DNA of 32,000 bases from Phycisphaera mikurensis NBRC 102666 (GCF_000284115.1 NC_017080.1:2190001-2222000), one strand, 5' to 3'. Shown: positions 1-8,423, counted from the stretch's first letter. Notes: generated by a model not told the origin, from the sequence alone. Translations and numbers: made by a program.

Positions 1-2
1 AG

Positions 3-350
3 CTGGCGGAGCAGCTCGTCGCGGACACCGCCGGCTCGGCGGCGCGGGTGACGCAAGGGAAGCGGATCGTGGAGGTCACGGACCAGCGGGCGGACAAGGG
101 CGACGCGGTGGACCGCTTCCTCGGCGAAGCGTCGGCGGCGGGCACGCCCTACGCGGCGGTGCTCTGCATCGGCGACGACCGGACGGACGAGGCGATGTTC
201 CGCGGCCGCCGCGGCGACCCCGCGGCGGTCACCGTCCGCGTCGGGCCGGGGGAGACCGCCGCGGCATTCCGCGTGGCCGGCACCGATCGCGTGCTCGCGC
301 TGCTGTGCGCCATCGCGGCGGAGCCGGACCGAGCCCTCGCCGGGGTCTAG
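3..350 (+). CDS. otsB: Trehalose-6-phosphate phosphatase, C-terminal part (5' end outside window)
   Basis: Frame open from the window edge; ...TQGKRIVEVTDQRADKGDAVDRFL...YAAVLCIGDDRTDEAMF has the HAD-type GDDxTDExMF motif of trehalose-phosphatases. Confidence 0.85.
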   Translation: MAEQLVADTAGSAARVTQGKRIVEVTDQRADKGDAVDRFLGEASAAGTPYAAVLCIGDDRTDEAMFRGRRGDPAAVTVRVGPGETAAAFRVAGTDRVLALLCAIAAEPDRALAGV

Positions 351-436
351 CGTTGCTCGCCGCCGACCGCCTCCGGCCCGCTCGCCCGGGCGCTCGCGGA
401 GGAGAAGGCACCCGAGGTTCCGGATCGATCGGCTCC

Positions 437-1516
437 ATGACCGTCTCGCACCCGCCACGCCCGCCACGCCCCGCCGAGCCGCGGACCCTGCTGAGCGCGC
501 TGCTCCGCGGAGGCCCGGCGGCGGGCCGCGGTGCCGTCGAGGCGGCGACGCTGCACGGCTCTTTCGCCGGGGTGGCCGCGGTTGTCGCCCTGCCGCTGCG
601 GAACGAGGCGGAGCTGATCGGCCCGATGCTCGCGGCGCTCGAGGCGTCGATCGGCCGCACCGATCTGGCCTGCGGCCTCGTCGCCGTCGCGAACGACACC
701 GCCGACGAATCGCCGGGCGTGATCCGCGGCTGGGCGGAGCGGACGGGCCACGCCGCGGCCGTCTGCGAGGTGCGCCTCGATCCGGAGGTCCGCGGCGCCC
801 CGCACGCGCGGCGCCTGGCGATGGACCTCGCCGCTCGCCTGGCGCCGGACGCGCTTCTCCTGACGACCGACGCCGACTGCCGCGTCGGCGCGGACTGGAT
901 CTCCGGGAACGCCACGTGGCTGGCCGACGGCGCGGTGCTCGTGTGCGGCGCCGTCGACACGGACGAAGCGGAGATCGCGGCCCTGCCCGGCCTCGTCGAG
1001 GCGTGCGGCGTCGCCGAAAGCCGCTTGTACCGGCTGCTCGAGGCGCGGTGGCGCGAGCTCGTGCCCGACGGCTCGCGGCGCTTCGTCCAGCGGGCGATGG
1101 GGGCCAGCATCGCCCTGCGGGCGAGCGACTACCTGGAGCTCGGCGGGTTGCCGACCCCGCGCTCGAGCGAGGACCGCGCCCTCGCCACCGAGGTCCGGCT
1201 GCGGGGCCGGCGCATCGAGACGCCCGAGGACGTGCGCGTCGTCGCGTCCTGCCGCCTCCTCGGGCGGGCCGAGGGCGGCATGGCGGGGGCGCTGCTCGAC
1301 CGCACCCGCTCGCCGGATCCGGAGTGCGACGAGGCTCTCGTTCCCTGGCCGGTGCTCGAGGCCCGCGCCGCCGCCTGGCGGGAGATCCACGCCAGCGGCG
1401 TCGCCGACCCGCACGGCGTGTTCGAGCGGGCCTGCGACGTGCGGCCGGGCCTGGTGGCGGAGCGGATGCGGCTGAGCGCGGTCCGCGCGGCGCTGGAAGC
1501 GGTGGACGCGGGTTGA
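437..1516 (+). CDS. Family 2 glycosyltransferase
   Basis: ATG at 437; VVALPLRNEAELIGPMLAALEAS, TDADCRVGADWI (DxD-like) and later SSEDRAL are typical GT-A fold GT2 motifs. Stop overlaps the next start (TGATG). Confidence 0.75.
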   Translation: MTVSHPPRPPRPAEPRTLLSALLRGGPAAGRGAVEAATLHGSFAGVAAVVALPLRNEAELIGPMLAALEASIGRTDLACGLVAVANDTADESPGVIRGWAERTGHAAAVCEVRLDPEVRGAPHARRLAMDLAARLAPDALLLTTDADCRVGADWISGNATWLADGAVLVCGAVDTDEAEIAALPGLVEACGVAESRLYRLLEARWRELVPDGSRRFVQRAMGASIALRASDYLELGGLPTPRSSEDRALATEVRLRGRRIETPEDVRVVASCRLLGRAEGGMAGALLDRTRSPDPECDEALVPWPVLEARAAAWREIHASGVADPHGVFERACDVRPGLVAERMRLSAVRAALEAVDAG

Positions 1517-2661
1517 TGGCGCCTCCCCCCGCACCCGCCGCCGCCCCTTGCCCCGCCACCGAGCGGGGGAAGCGAGCCGATCCGGAGGACCGGTCGCTGC
1601 TGGCCGCGATCGACGGCCGCGCGGCCGCCGCCGACCGCGGCGAGGCCGATCTTTCCCGCGAGGTCGCCGCGCTGCGGCGGGCCGGCTGGCTCGCCGCCCC
1701 GCTGCCCGCCGCGGACGGTGGCCTGGGGTGGGGCACCGAGCCCGCCGGCACCCCGGGCTGCTTCACCGCGTTGCGGCAGCTCGGCCGCGTCTCCCTGCCG
1801 GTCGCCCGGATCTTCGAGGGCCACGTCAACGCGGTCGCTCTGGTCGCGCTCTACGGAGCCGACACGCTCCGCGGCAACGCCTTCGACGCGATCCGCGGCG
1901 GCGGCTGCTTCGGCGTCTGGGGGGCGGACGCCCCGGGCGACGCCGTCACGCTGCGGGGCGAGGGAGAAGCCCTCCGGCTCGCGGGAGCGAAGGACTACGC
2001 GTCCGGCCTCGGCCTGCTGTCTCACGCCGTGGTGTCCGCCCGCGTGGAAGCGGGGACGCAGCTGCTGCTCGTGCCCGTCGGCGACGCCGCCCGCGGCCGC
2101 GGCGACACCTGGCGCCTCGCCGGGATGCGGGCCACACGCTCGGGCCGGTACCGCTTCGACGGCGTCGATCCCGGCGCCGACGCCGAGCTGGGCGGCCCCG
2201 ACGACTGGTTCCGCGAGCCGCACTTCGAGGGCGGCGTGTGGCGCTACTGCGCCGCCCACCTGGGCGCCGCGGAGCGGCTGTTCGCCGAGATGCGGGACGC
2301 CCTGGCGGCCCGCGACCGGGCCGGCGACCCGCACCAGCAGGTCCGCCTCGTGCGGGCCGCGGTCGCCGTCGAGTCCGCCCGGCTCTGGATCGAGCGCGCG
2401 GCCCGCCGCGTGCAGGCCGCCGACGCCCATGCCGACGCCGCCGCGGTGTCGCTGCTCGCCCGGGAGGTCACGCAGGACGCCTGCCGCGACGTCGTCCGGA
2501 TCGTCGAGGAGGCGCTGGGGCTCGCCGCGCACGCCTGGGGCCCGATCGAGCGGACGCGGCGCGACCTCGCCGCCTTCGTCTGCCAGGCCGCGCCCGACGA
2601 CAAGCGTGCCCGCGCCGCCGAGGCCCTCGTCGCCCGCGGGGTGCTGCCGGAGCACCTCTAG
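1516..2661 (+). CDS. Acyl-CoA dehydrogenase family protein
   Basis: REVAALRRAGWLAAPLPAADGGLGWG, FGVWGADAP..., GAKDYASG, and the C-terminal helical region IVEEALGLAAHAWGPIERTRRDLAAFVCQAAPDDKR match acyl-CoA dehydrogenase architecture. Start overlaps the upstream stop. Confidence 0.75.
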   Translation: MAPPPAPAAAPCPATERGKRADPEDRSLLAAIDGRAAAADRGEADLSREVAALRRAGWLAAPLPAADGGLGWGTEPAGTPGCFTALRQLGRVSLPVARIFEGHVNAVALVALYGADTLRGNAFDAIRGGGCFGVWGADAPGDAVTLRGEGEALRLAGAKDYASGLGLLSHAVVSARVEAGTQLLLVPVGDAARGRGDTWRLAGMRATRSGRYRFDGVDPGADAELGGPDDWFREPHFEGGVWRYCAAHLGAAERLFAEMRDALAARDRAGDPHQQVRLVRAAVAVESARLWIERAARRVQAADAHADAAAVSLLAREVTQDACRDVVRIVEEALGLAAHAWGPIERTRRDLAAFVCQAAPDDKRARAAEALVARGVLPEHL

Positions 2662-3977
2662 TGGTGCCCGACCGGCCCGAGGGCGTGGTGCTGGACCGTG
2701 CGGCGGACGCCCCGTGGGTCGGCCTCGACGAGCTGTGCCCGACTCCGGGCCTCGTCGTCCTCGTCCCGCACCCCGACGACGAAAGCCTCGGCTGCGGGCT
2801 GGCGCTCGCCGCGGCCGCGGCCGCCGGGCGGCGGATCACGCTCGTCCTGCTGACCGACGGCGAGGGCTCGCACCCCGGCTCGGCCACGCACCCGCCGGAG
2901 GTGCTGGCCCGGCTCCGGCGGGCGGAGTTGGACGAGGCCATCGACGCGCTCTGCCCGGACGAAGCTCCGCGGGTGGTCCGCCTCGGCCTGCCCGACGGCC
3001 GCTGCACCGCCGACGACGCCCTCGCCCACCTCGACGCCGCCCGGGCGTTGCTCGACGACGCCGCGCCCGCCACCGTCTGGACCACCTGGAGCGGGGACCC
3101 GCACTGCGACCACGAAGCCGCCGCCGCCCTCGCCGAAGCCCTCGCCGCGGATCCCGCGGTGGCCGTCTGGAGCTACGCCGTGTGGGGCCGCTTCGGCCCC
3201 GCCCGCGCCTCCACCCCCGGCCTCCGCCGCTTCGCGTGCGACGAGATGCGGCCGCGGAAGCGTGCCGCCGCCGGTGCCCACCGCTCGCAGCTCACCCCGC
3301 TGATCGCGGACGCCCCCGACGCCTTCCTCATGCCCGAGGCGTTGACCGAGCACTTCCTCGCGGCGCCCGAGCTGTTCCTCCCCGGCACCGGCCGGCCCGC
3401 CGACCGCCGCGCCACCTTCGACGCGTTGCACGCCGGCGACGCCGACCACTGGTCCGTCACCACCAGCGGGTACGAGCGCCAGAAGCGGGCCGTCACGCTG
3501 GCCGCTCTCCCGCGGCCCGGCTACGCCCGCGCCCTGGAGGCCGGCTGCGGCATCGGGGTCCTCACCGCCGAGCTGGCCCCCCGCTGCGGCGAACTGCTCG
3601 CCCTGGACGTCTCGCCGAACGCCGTGGAACGGGCGAGGGTTCGGCTTGCGCGTCACGGGCACGTCCGCGTCGGGGTGGCCGAGCTGCCCGCAGGATGGCC
3701 CGCCGGGACGTTCGACCTGATCGTCCTCTCCGAGCTGCTCTACTTCTTGAGCGCCGACGAGGTCGCGGACCTCTCCGTCCGCGCCGCCGCCGCCCTGGCA
3801 CCCGACGGCGTCTGCTTGCTGGTGAACTGGACCGGCCCCAACGACCTCCCCCTCGATGGCGACGCCGCGGCCGGAGCCTTCCGCGACGCGGCCGGCACGC
3901 GGTGGCACGTCCTGCGGGCCGACCGCCACGAGGGCTTCCGCCTCGACCTGCTGCGGGCGGCAACCCGCGGCGGCTGA
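2661..3977 (+). CDS. Fused PIG-L family deacetylase / class I SAM-dependent (NodS-like) methyltransferase
   Basis: GTG start overlapping the upstream TAG by 1 nt. N-terminal VVLVPHPDDESLGCG (PIG-L/LmbE HPDDE motif) and GDPHCDHEAA; C-terminal LEAGCGIGVLTAELAPRCGELLALDVSPNAVERAR (SAM motif I) and TFDLIVLSELLYFL. Confidence 0.85.
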   Translation: MVPDRPEGVVLDRAADAPWVGLDELCPTPGLVVLVPHPDDESLGCGLALAAAAAAGRRITLVLLTDGEGSHPGSATHPPEVLARLRRAELDEAIDALCPDEAPRVVRLGLPDGRCTADDALAHLDAARALLDDAAPATVWTTWSGDPHCDHEAAAALAEALAADPAVAVWSYAVWGRFGPARASTPGLRRFACDEMRPRKRAAAGAHRSQLTPLIADAPDAFLMPEALTEHFLAAPELFLPGTGRPADRRATFDALHAGDADHWSVTTSGYERQKRAVTLAALPRPGYARALEAGCGIGVLTAELAPRCGELLALDVSPNAVERARVRLARHGHVRVGVAELPAGWPAGTFDLIVLSELLYFLSADEVADLSVRAAAALAPDGVCLLVNWTGPNDLPLDGDAAAGAFRDAAGTRWHVLRADRHEGFRLDLLRAATRGG

Positions 3978-4034
3978 TGCGGACGCCCGCGCGGCCGCCC
4001 GGGGGACTGCCGCCCGGGCGAACGGAGGCGTGCG

Positions 4035-4080
4035 CCGCGGACCGCGGCGTTTCGGCGCGTCCGCGGCCGGCGGTCCGCGG
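4035..4080. repeat. 46-bp palindromic intergenic element, copy A
   Basis: CCGCGGACCGCGGCGTTTCGGCGCGTCCGCGGCCGGCGGTCCGCGG. The 12-bp arms 4033-4044 and 4071-4082 are exact reverse complements. Confidence 0.85.
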
Positions 4081-4114
4081 CGCCGGGGCCGCTGGATCCC
4101 CTAGCTTGGCCGCG

Positions 4115-6046
4115 ATGCCCGCCGCCGCAGCCACCGCTTCCGCTCCCGAAACCGCCGCCCGCCGCTCGATCGTCGTCCGCTTCGCGGGCGATTCCGGAGA
4201 CGGCATGCAGCTGGCGGGCACGCAGTTCACCGACACCTCGGCGATCTTCGGCAACGACGTCGCGACCTTCCCGGACTTTCCCGCGGAGATCCGGGCGCCC
4301 GCCGGCACCGTGGCCGGCGTGTCGGGTTTCCAGGTGCACTTCTCCAGCGACGACATCTTCCACCCCGGGGACCACGTCGACGCGCTGATCGCGATGAACC
4401 CCGCGGGCCTCAAGGCGCACCTCAAGGACGTGACCCCCGGCGGTCTCGTGATCGTGAACGCCGACGAGTTCACGAAGACGAACCTCAAGAAGGCCGGGTA
4501 CCCGACGCCGGAGGGCTCGAAGGAGCCGTACAACCCCCTCGAGGACGAGGAGCTGTTCCGCAACCTCCGCCTGCACAAGGTGCCGGTGACCAAGCTGAAC
4601 CAGGAGGTGCTCCGAGCGGGCAACGCCGAGCACGGCTGGGGCCTGGACCCGCGCTCGATCGCCCGCTGCCGCAACATGTGGGTGCTGGGCCTCGTGTACT
4701 GGCTCTTCGACCGGCCCCTGGCCACGACCGAGGAGCACCTGAACCAGACCTTCGCGGTCCGCAAGAAGCTGCCCGCCGTCGCCGCGGCGAACATCCAGAG
4801 CCTCCGCGCCGGGTGGAACTACGGCGAGACGGCGGAGATCGTCGCCGAGCGGGCCCGCGTGGAGCCGGCGGACATCGCCCCGGGGGTCTACCGGAAGGTG
4901 ACCGGCAACGAGGCGTTGTCGATGGGGCTCATCGCCGGCGGCAACCTCGCGGCGAAGGACATCGTGTACGCGACCTACCCGATCACACCGGCGTCGGACA
5001 TCCTGCACAACCTCGCGCCGATGAAGCACTTCGGCGTGAAAACCGTGCAAGCCGAGGACGAGATCGCCGCGGTGTGCGCCGCGATTGGTGCCAGCTTCGC
5101 CGGCCAGATCGGCATCACCGGCACCTCCGGGCCGGGCCTGGCGCTCAAGGCCGAGGCGATGGGGCTGGCGGTGGTGACCGAGCTGCCGCTGATCGTGATC
5201 AACGTGCAGCGCGGCGGGCCGTCCACCGGCCTGCCGACCAAGACCGAGCAGAGCGATCTCCTGCAGGCGGTGCACGGCCGCAACGGCGATGCCCCGGTGG
5301 TGGTGCTGGCGCCCGACTCGCCGGGCGACTGCTTCCGGGTGGGCATCGAGGCGATCCGCGTCGCGCTCACGCGGATGGTGCCGGTGGTGATCCTCACCGA
5401 CGGCTACCTCGCCAACGGCAGCGAGCCCTGGGAGGTGCCCTCGGCCGCGGACTTCCCGGCGATCGAGGTGGAGCACGCCACCGCCGCCCAGATCGCGGAT
5501 CCCGACGGCGAGGGCTTTCTCCCGTACAGCCGCGACGAACACGGCGCCCGGCCCTGGGCGATCCCCGGGGAGCCCGGGGTGGAGCACCGCATCGGCGGGC
5601 TCGAGAAGCAGGATCGCACGGGCAACGTGAGCTACGACCCCGAGAACCACCAGCGGATGACGGACCTGCGTGCCGCGAAGGTGGCCGCCGTCGCGGACCT
5701 CGTGCCCGACATCGAGGCCCTGCAAGGTCCCCCGAGCGGGCCGCTGCTCGTGCTGGGCTGGGGCGGCACGCGCGGGTCCATCACGGCGGCGGTGCAGGCG
5801 GCGCACGAGCGGGGCCAGGCACAGGTCGCCCAGGCGCACCTGCGCCACCTCAACCCGTTCCCGAGGAATCTCGGCGCGTTCCTCGCCGGCTACGAGCGGG
5901 TGCTGATCCCCGAGCTGAACATGGGCCAGCTGCTGCTGCTGATCCGCGGGAGCTTCTGCGTGCCGGCCGTCGGCTTGAACAAGGTGAAGGGCAAGCCGTT
6001 CCTGGTGGAAGAGCTGCTGGCGGCGATCGACGAGCAGCTCCGCTGA
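4115..6046 (+). CDS. korA: 2-oxoglutarate/2-oxoacid:ferredoxin oxidoreductase, fused gamma-alpha subunit
   Basis: VRFAGDSGDGMQLAGTQFT, MNPAGLKAHLKDVTPGG, YPITPASDILHNLA, EDEIAAVCAAIGASFAGQIGITGTSGPGLALKAEAMGLAVVTELPLIVINVQRGGPSTGLPTKTEQSDL, and C-terminal LLLIRGSFCVPAVGLNKVKGKPF. Confidence 0.93.
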   Translation: MPAAAATASAPETAARRSIVVRFAGDSGDGMQLAGTQFTDTSAIFGNDVATFPDFPAEIRAPAGTVAGVSGFQVHFSSDDIFHPGDHVDALIAMNPAGLKAHLKDVTPGGLVIVNADEFTKTNLKKAGYPTPEGSKEPYNPLEDEELFRNLRLHKVPVTKLNQEVLRAGNAEHGWGLDPRSIARCRNMWVLGLVYWLFDRPLATTEEHLNQTFAVRKKLPAVAAANIQSLRAGWNYGETAEIVAERARVEPADIAPGVYRKVTGNEALSMGLIAGGNLAAKDIVYATYPITPASDILHNLAPMKHFGVKTVQAEDEIAAVCAAIGASFAGQIGITGTSGPGLALKAEAMGLAVVTELPLIVINVQRGGPSTGLPTKTEQSDLLQAVHGRNGDAPVVVLAPDSPGDCFRVGIEAIRVALTRMVPVVILTDGYLANGSEPWEVPSAADFPAIEVEHATAAQIADPDGEGFLPYSRDEHGARPWAIPGEPGVEHRIGGLEKQDRTGNVSYDPENHQRMTDLRAAKVAAVADLVPDIEALQGPPSGPLLVLGWGGTRGSITAAVQAAHERGQAQVAQAHLRHLNPFPRNLGAFLAGYERVLIPELNMGQLLLLIRGSFCVPAVGLNKVKGKPFLVEELLAAIDEQLR

Positions 6047-6193
6047 CACCGCCGGCGCGTCGGCTCCGGCACGGCGCGGCGGGACGTGCGGATCGCACCG
6101 GATCCTCCGCCGGTGCCGGCTGGGCCCGTGCCGCGGGTTCTCCCCCGGCCCGAGGCGGTGCAGCGGGCGGGGCCGGCCGCCGATGCACGGCGT

Positions 6194-6853
6194 GTGATCA
6201 AGTTCCGCTGCATCGCGTGCTCGAAGAAGGTCGGCGTCTCCGACGCCGCCGCCGGCAAGCGGGCCCGCTGCCCGCAGTGCTCGACGGTGATGCGGGTGCC
6301 GGTGCCCGAGCGGGTGGTCGAGGCGGATCTCGCGCTCGCCGCGGCCGAGCCGGTGATGAAGCCCGCGATGAAGGCGGCCGCCGCCACCCCGCCGCCTCCC
6401 GAGCGGCGCCGGGCGCGGGCACCCCGGCCGCCCGGTGGCGACTTCACGGTCGCCGGCGAGGTGCTCACGGCGCCCGCGGCGGCGGGCGTCCACGAGCCGG
6501 TGGCGCAGGAGGAGCGGCGGATCCGGCAGGACGCGATGGACTCGCTCGCCGGCCTGGCGGCGGTTTCCGACGCGGCGCCGCAGATGATGAACTTCGGGTC
6601 CGGCGTGAACCCCTCGCCGAAGCGGAAGAAGCGCTCGGCGGGTCCGCGGGTGCCCACCGCGGTCCACCCCGCGTGCGGGACGTGCGGCACGACGGTCCTC
6701 GCCTCGGCCCGGTTCTGCACGGCGTGCGGGGCGGCGCTCAAGGTGCCGGACCTGCCGGTGGACAACAACCCGATTGCGCTGCCGATGACGGTCCGCCCGC
6801 CCGCTTCGGGGTGGAAGGCGGGGTTCTGGGGCTGGCTGCTCGGCGCCCGCTGA
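6194..6853 (+). CDS. Zinc-ribbon domain-containing protein of unknown function
   Basis: Probable GTG start at 6194; FRCIACSKKVGVSDAAAGKRARCPQCSTVMRVP and a second CGTCGTTVLASARFCTACG ribbon; Pro/Ala-rich linker. Confidence 0.6.
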   Translation: MIKFRCIACSKKVGVSDAAAGKRARCPQCSTVMRVPVPERVVEADLALAAAEPVMKPAMKAAAATPPPPERRRARAPRPPGGDFTVAGEVLTAPAAAGVHEPVAQEERRIRQDAMDSLAGLAAVSDAAPQMMNFGSGVNPSPKRKKRSAGPRVPTAVHPACGTCGTTVLASARFCTACGAALKVPDLPVDNNPIALPMTVRPPASGWKAGFWGWLLGAR

Positions 6854-6898
6854 GGCCGATCCCAAGCGATCCACGGGCGTCCGCTGATGCACCGGCCT

Positions 6899-7005
6899 GG
6901 GTGCCACGCCCCTTGGGGGGTGCCTGGGTGCCACGCCCCTTGGGGGGTGCCTGGGTGCCACGCCCCTTGGGGGGGTGCCTGGGTGCCACGCCCCTTGGGG
7001 GGTGG
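6899..7005. repeat. 27-bp tandem repeat array, about 4 units
   Basis: Units GGGTGCCACGCCCCTTGGGGGGTGCCT at 6899-6925, 6926-6952, 6953-6980 (one extra G) and 6981-7005 (partial). Confidence 0.95.
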
Positions 7006-7045
7006 CCGCGTCGCGATCACCTCTCGCACTCGCCACCCCGCAAGC

Positions 7046-7057
7046 GGCGTGGCACCC
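7046..7057 (-). repeat. Inverted 12-bp copy of the array core
   Basis: GGCGTGGCACCC is the exact reverse complement of GGGTGCCACGCC, the first 12 nt of each array unit. Confidence 0.8.
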
Positions 7058-7079
7058 GAGAATCGTTTCTCCGGCGGCT

Positions 7080-7490
7080 TCAGCGCGGGCGCTTCGCGGC
7101 GCGGCCGTGCTTCTTCCAGTAGCGGCTGAAGCTCCGCAGGTCGGCGGGCGGCACGGCCTCGTCGACGAACGCGGGCGGGCGGGTTCGCTCCACCTCGATC
7201 GACTCCGCGAGCACCTCCCGCTGCCGGCGCAGGCGCGGGTCGGCCGCGTCGACCGTGCGGACCACGCCGGCCCCGTGTTCGGCCGCGAAGGCCAGCACCT
7301 CCCCGACGACCTCGCCCCGCCGCACCTCCACCCCGGGCATCGCCTCCAGGCACTCGGCCATGAACACCAGCCGCTTGAGCGAGAGGCCGGCGTCGCGGAT
7401 CCACGCCTCGTCGAAGACGAAGACGGCGGGCTCGCCCTTACGGAGCCAGCGCTCCGAGAGCATCGCGTCGTGGACCCACAGCACGCTCAA
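7080..7490 (-). CDS. Photolyase/cryptochrome-like N-terminal alpha/beta domain as a stand-alone ORF
   Basis: Probable TTG start at 7490-7488 overlapping the TGA of the upstream gene (TTGA); LSVLWVHDAMLSERWLRKGEPAVFVFDEAWIRD...LKRLVFMAECLEAMPGVEVRRGEVVGEVLAFAAEHGAGVVRTVDAADPRLRRQREVLAESIEVERTRPPAFVD resembles the photolyase antenna-binding domain; LRSFSRYWKK resembles the FTPFWRAW region. Confidence 0.65.
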   Translation of the reverse strand: MSVLWVHDAMLSERWLRKGEPAVFVFDEAWIRDAGLSLKRLVFMAECLEAMPGVEVRRGEVVGEVLAFAAEHGAGVVRTVDAADPRLRRQREVLAESIEVERTRPPAFVDEAVPPADLRSFSRYWKKHGRAAKRPR

Positions 7491-8269
7491 GCGAACAGCT
7501 CCGCGGCGAGCTCTTCGGTGGAGCGGTCGAAGGGGTTGCGCTTCCTCCCGCCCCCGCGGGTGGTGGTGCCGTCGAAGACCCCGTTGGAGACGGCCGCCAG
7601 GCCGCCGGCGTTGAACAGGTACGGCTTGCTGCTGAAGGTGCTCGCGACCCACTGCCAGGAGAGGTGGTTGCTGCCCAGGTCGCCGTCGACGAGGTGGGCG
7701 TGCATCCACTCCGCCCCGGCGTGCCAGTGCACCCGACGGAAGTGGACCACGTAGGCGGCGAGCTTCATCCGCTGCTGGTTGTGCAGCCAGCCCGTGTCGT
7801 GGAGCTCGGCGACCCAGGCGTCGACGAAGTCGGTGCCGGTCTCGGCGGCGAGCACGTCCGGCGGCATCTCCGGGGCGTAGTCCTCCTCATCGAGCCCGGT
7901 CTTCCAGCTCCGGAGGCTCTCGTGGACTCGCTCGCCCTCGTGGGCGAGCACCCGCTGGAAGTAGTCGCGCCAGCCCAGCTCGGAGACGAGCTTGTCCGCC
8001 CCGCCGGGGCTCTTGGCGAGCACCGCGTCGCGGACCTCCGCCAGCTCCAGCACGCCGTGGCGGAGGTACATCGACAGCTTCGTGACCTCGCCGCCGATCC
8101 GGTTCCGCGTTCGGGCGTACGGGCCCGGCTTCACCGCCGCGAGCCGCCGCGCCGCCTCGGCCGGATCGCCCCGATGCGGGCTCACGGCGTCGCCGATCGC
8201 CGCGGCGGCGGGGAAGGCCTCGGCGTACGCCGCCACCAGCTCGTCGCGGGATCCGAAGTCGCGGGGCAT
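7487..8269 (-). CDS. FAD-binding (C-terminal) domain of DNA photolyase/cryptochrome family, stand-alone
   Basis: LRHGVLELAEVRDAVL...LVSELGWRDYFQRVL...FVDAWVAELHDTGWLHNQQRMKLAAYVVHFRRVHWHAGAEWMHAHLVDGDLGSNHLSWQWVAS is the FAD-binding core of photolyases; no N-terminal domain is present upstream in this frame. Confidence 0.85.
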   Translation of the reverse strand: MPRDFGSRDELVAAYAEAFPAAAAIGDAVSPHRGDPAEAARRLAAVKPGPYARTRNRIGGEVTKLSMYLRHGVLELAEVRDAVLAKSPGGADKLVSELGWRDYFQRVLAHEGERVHESLRSWKTGLDEEDYAPEMPPDVLAAETGTDFVDAWVAELHDTGWLHNQQRMKLAAYVVHFRRVHWHAGAEWMHAHLVDGDLGSNHLSWQWVASTFSSKPYLFNAGGLAAVSNGVFDGTTTRGGGRKRNPFDRSTEELAAELFA

Positions 8270-8423
8270 CACCGGCACGCACCACGCTACGCGGGAGGAC
8301 CCGCCGGGGCCGGGCTTCCGACGCCTCCGGATGCGGGCTCGTCCGGCGTCGTCAGGCGGGAGCCGCACGCCGCCGCCCGGACCGGTGTCGCTCCTCGCGG
8401 GCCGGCTCCGCGGGGCCCGCGCC

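Noticed and set aside
1718-4114. Upstream part of the 1442-aa ORF 1718..6046 and similar extensions (916..1515, 1548..2660)
   Set aside because: Out-of-frame Arg/Pro/Ala-rich translation over confident overlapping CDSs; the real starts are supported by homology motifs and stop/start overlaps.
6899-7005. Possible CRISPR array
   Set aside because: Units are contiguous with no unique spacers, and no cas genes are present.
3740-7036. 1098-aa minus-strand ORF antisense to korA
   Set aside because: High-GC shadow ORF with His/Arg/Ala-rich low-complexity protein and no recognisable domain; it lies opposite a well-supported korA.
4678-7122. 814-aa plus-strand ORF in an alternate frame across korA and the 27-bp array
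   Set aside because: Frame-shifted shadow of korA; the repeated APAWVPRPLGG peptide is just the tandem repeat being translated.
7491-7709. N-terminal part of ORF 7080..7709
   Set aside because: Out-of-frame overlap with the FAD-domain gene and Arg/Pro-rich; the photolyase-like sequence begins only at about 7490.
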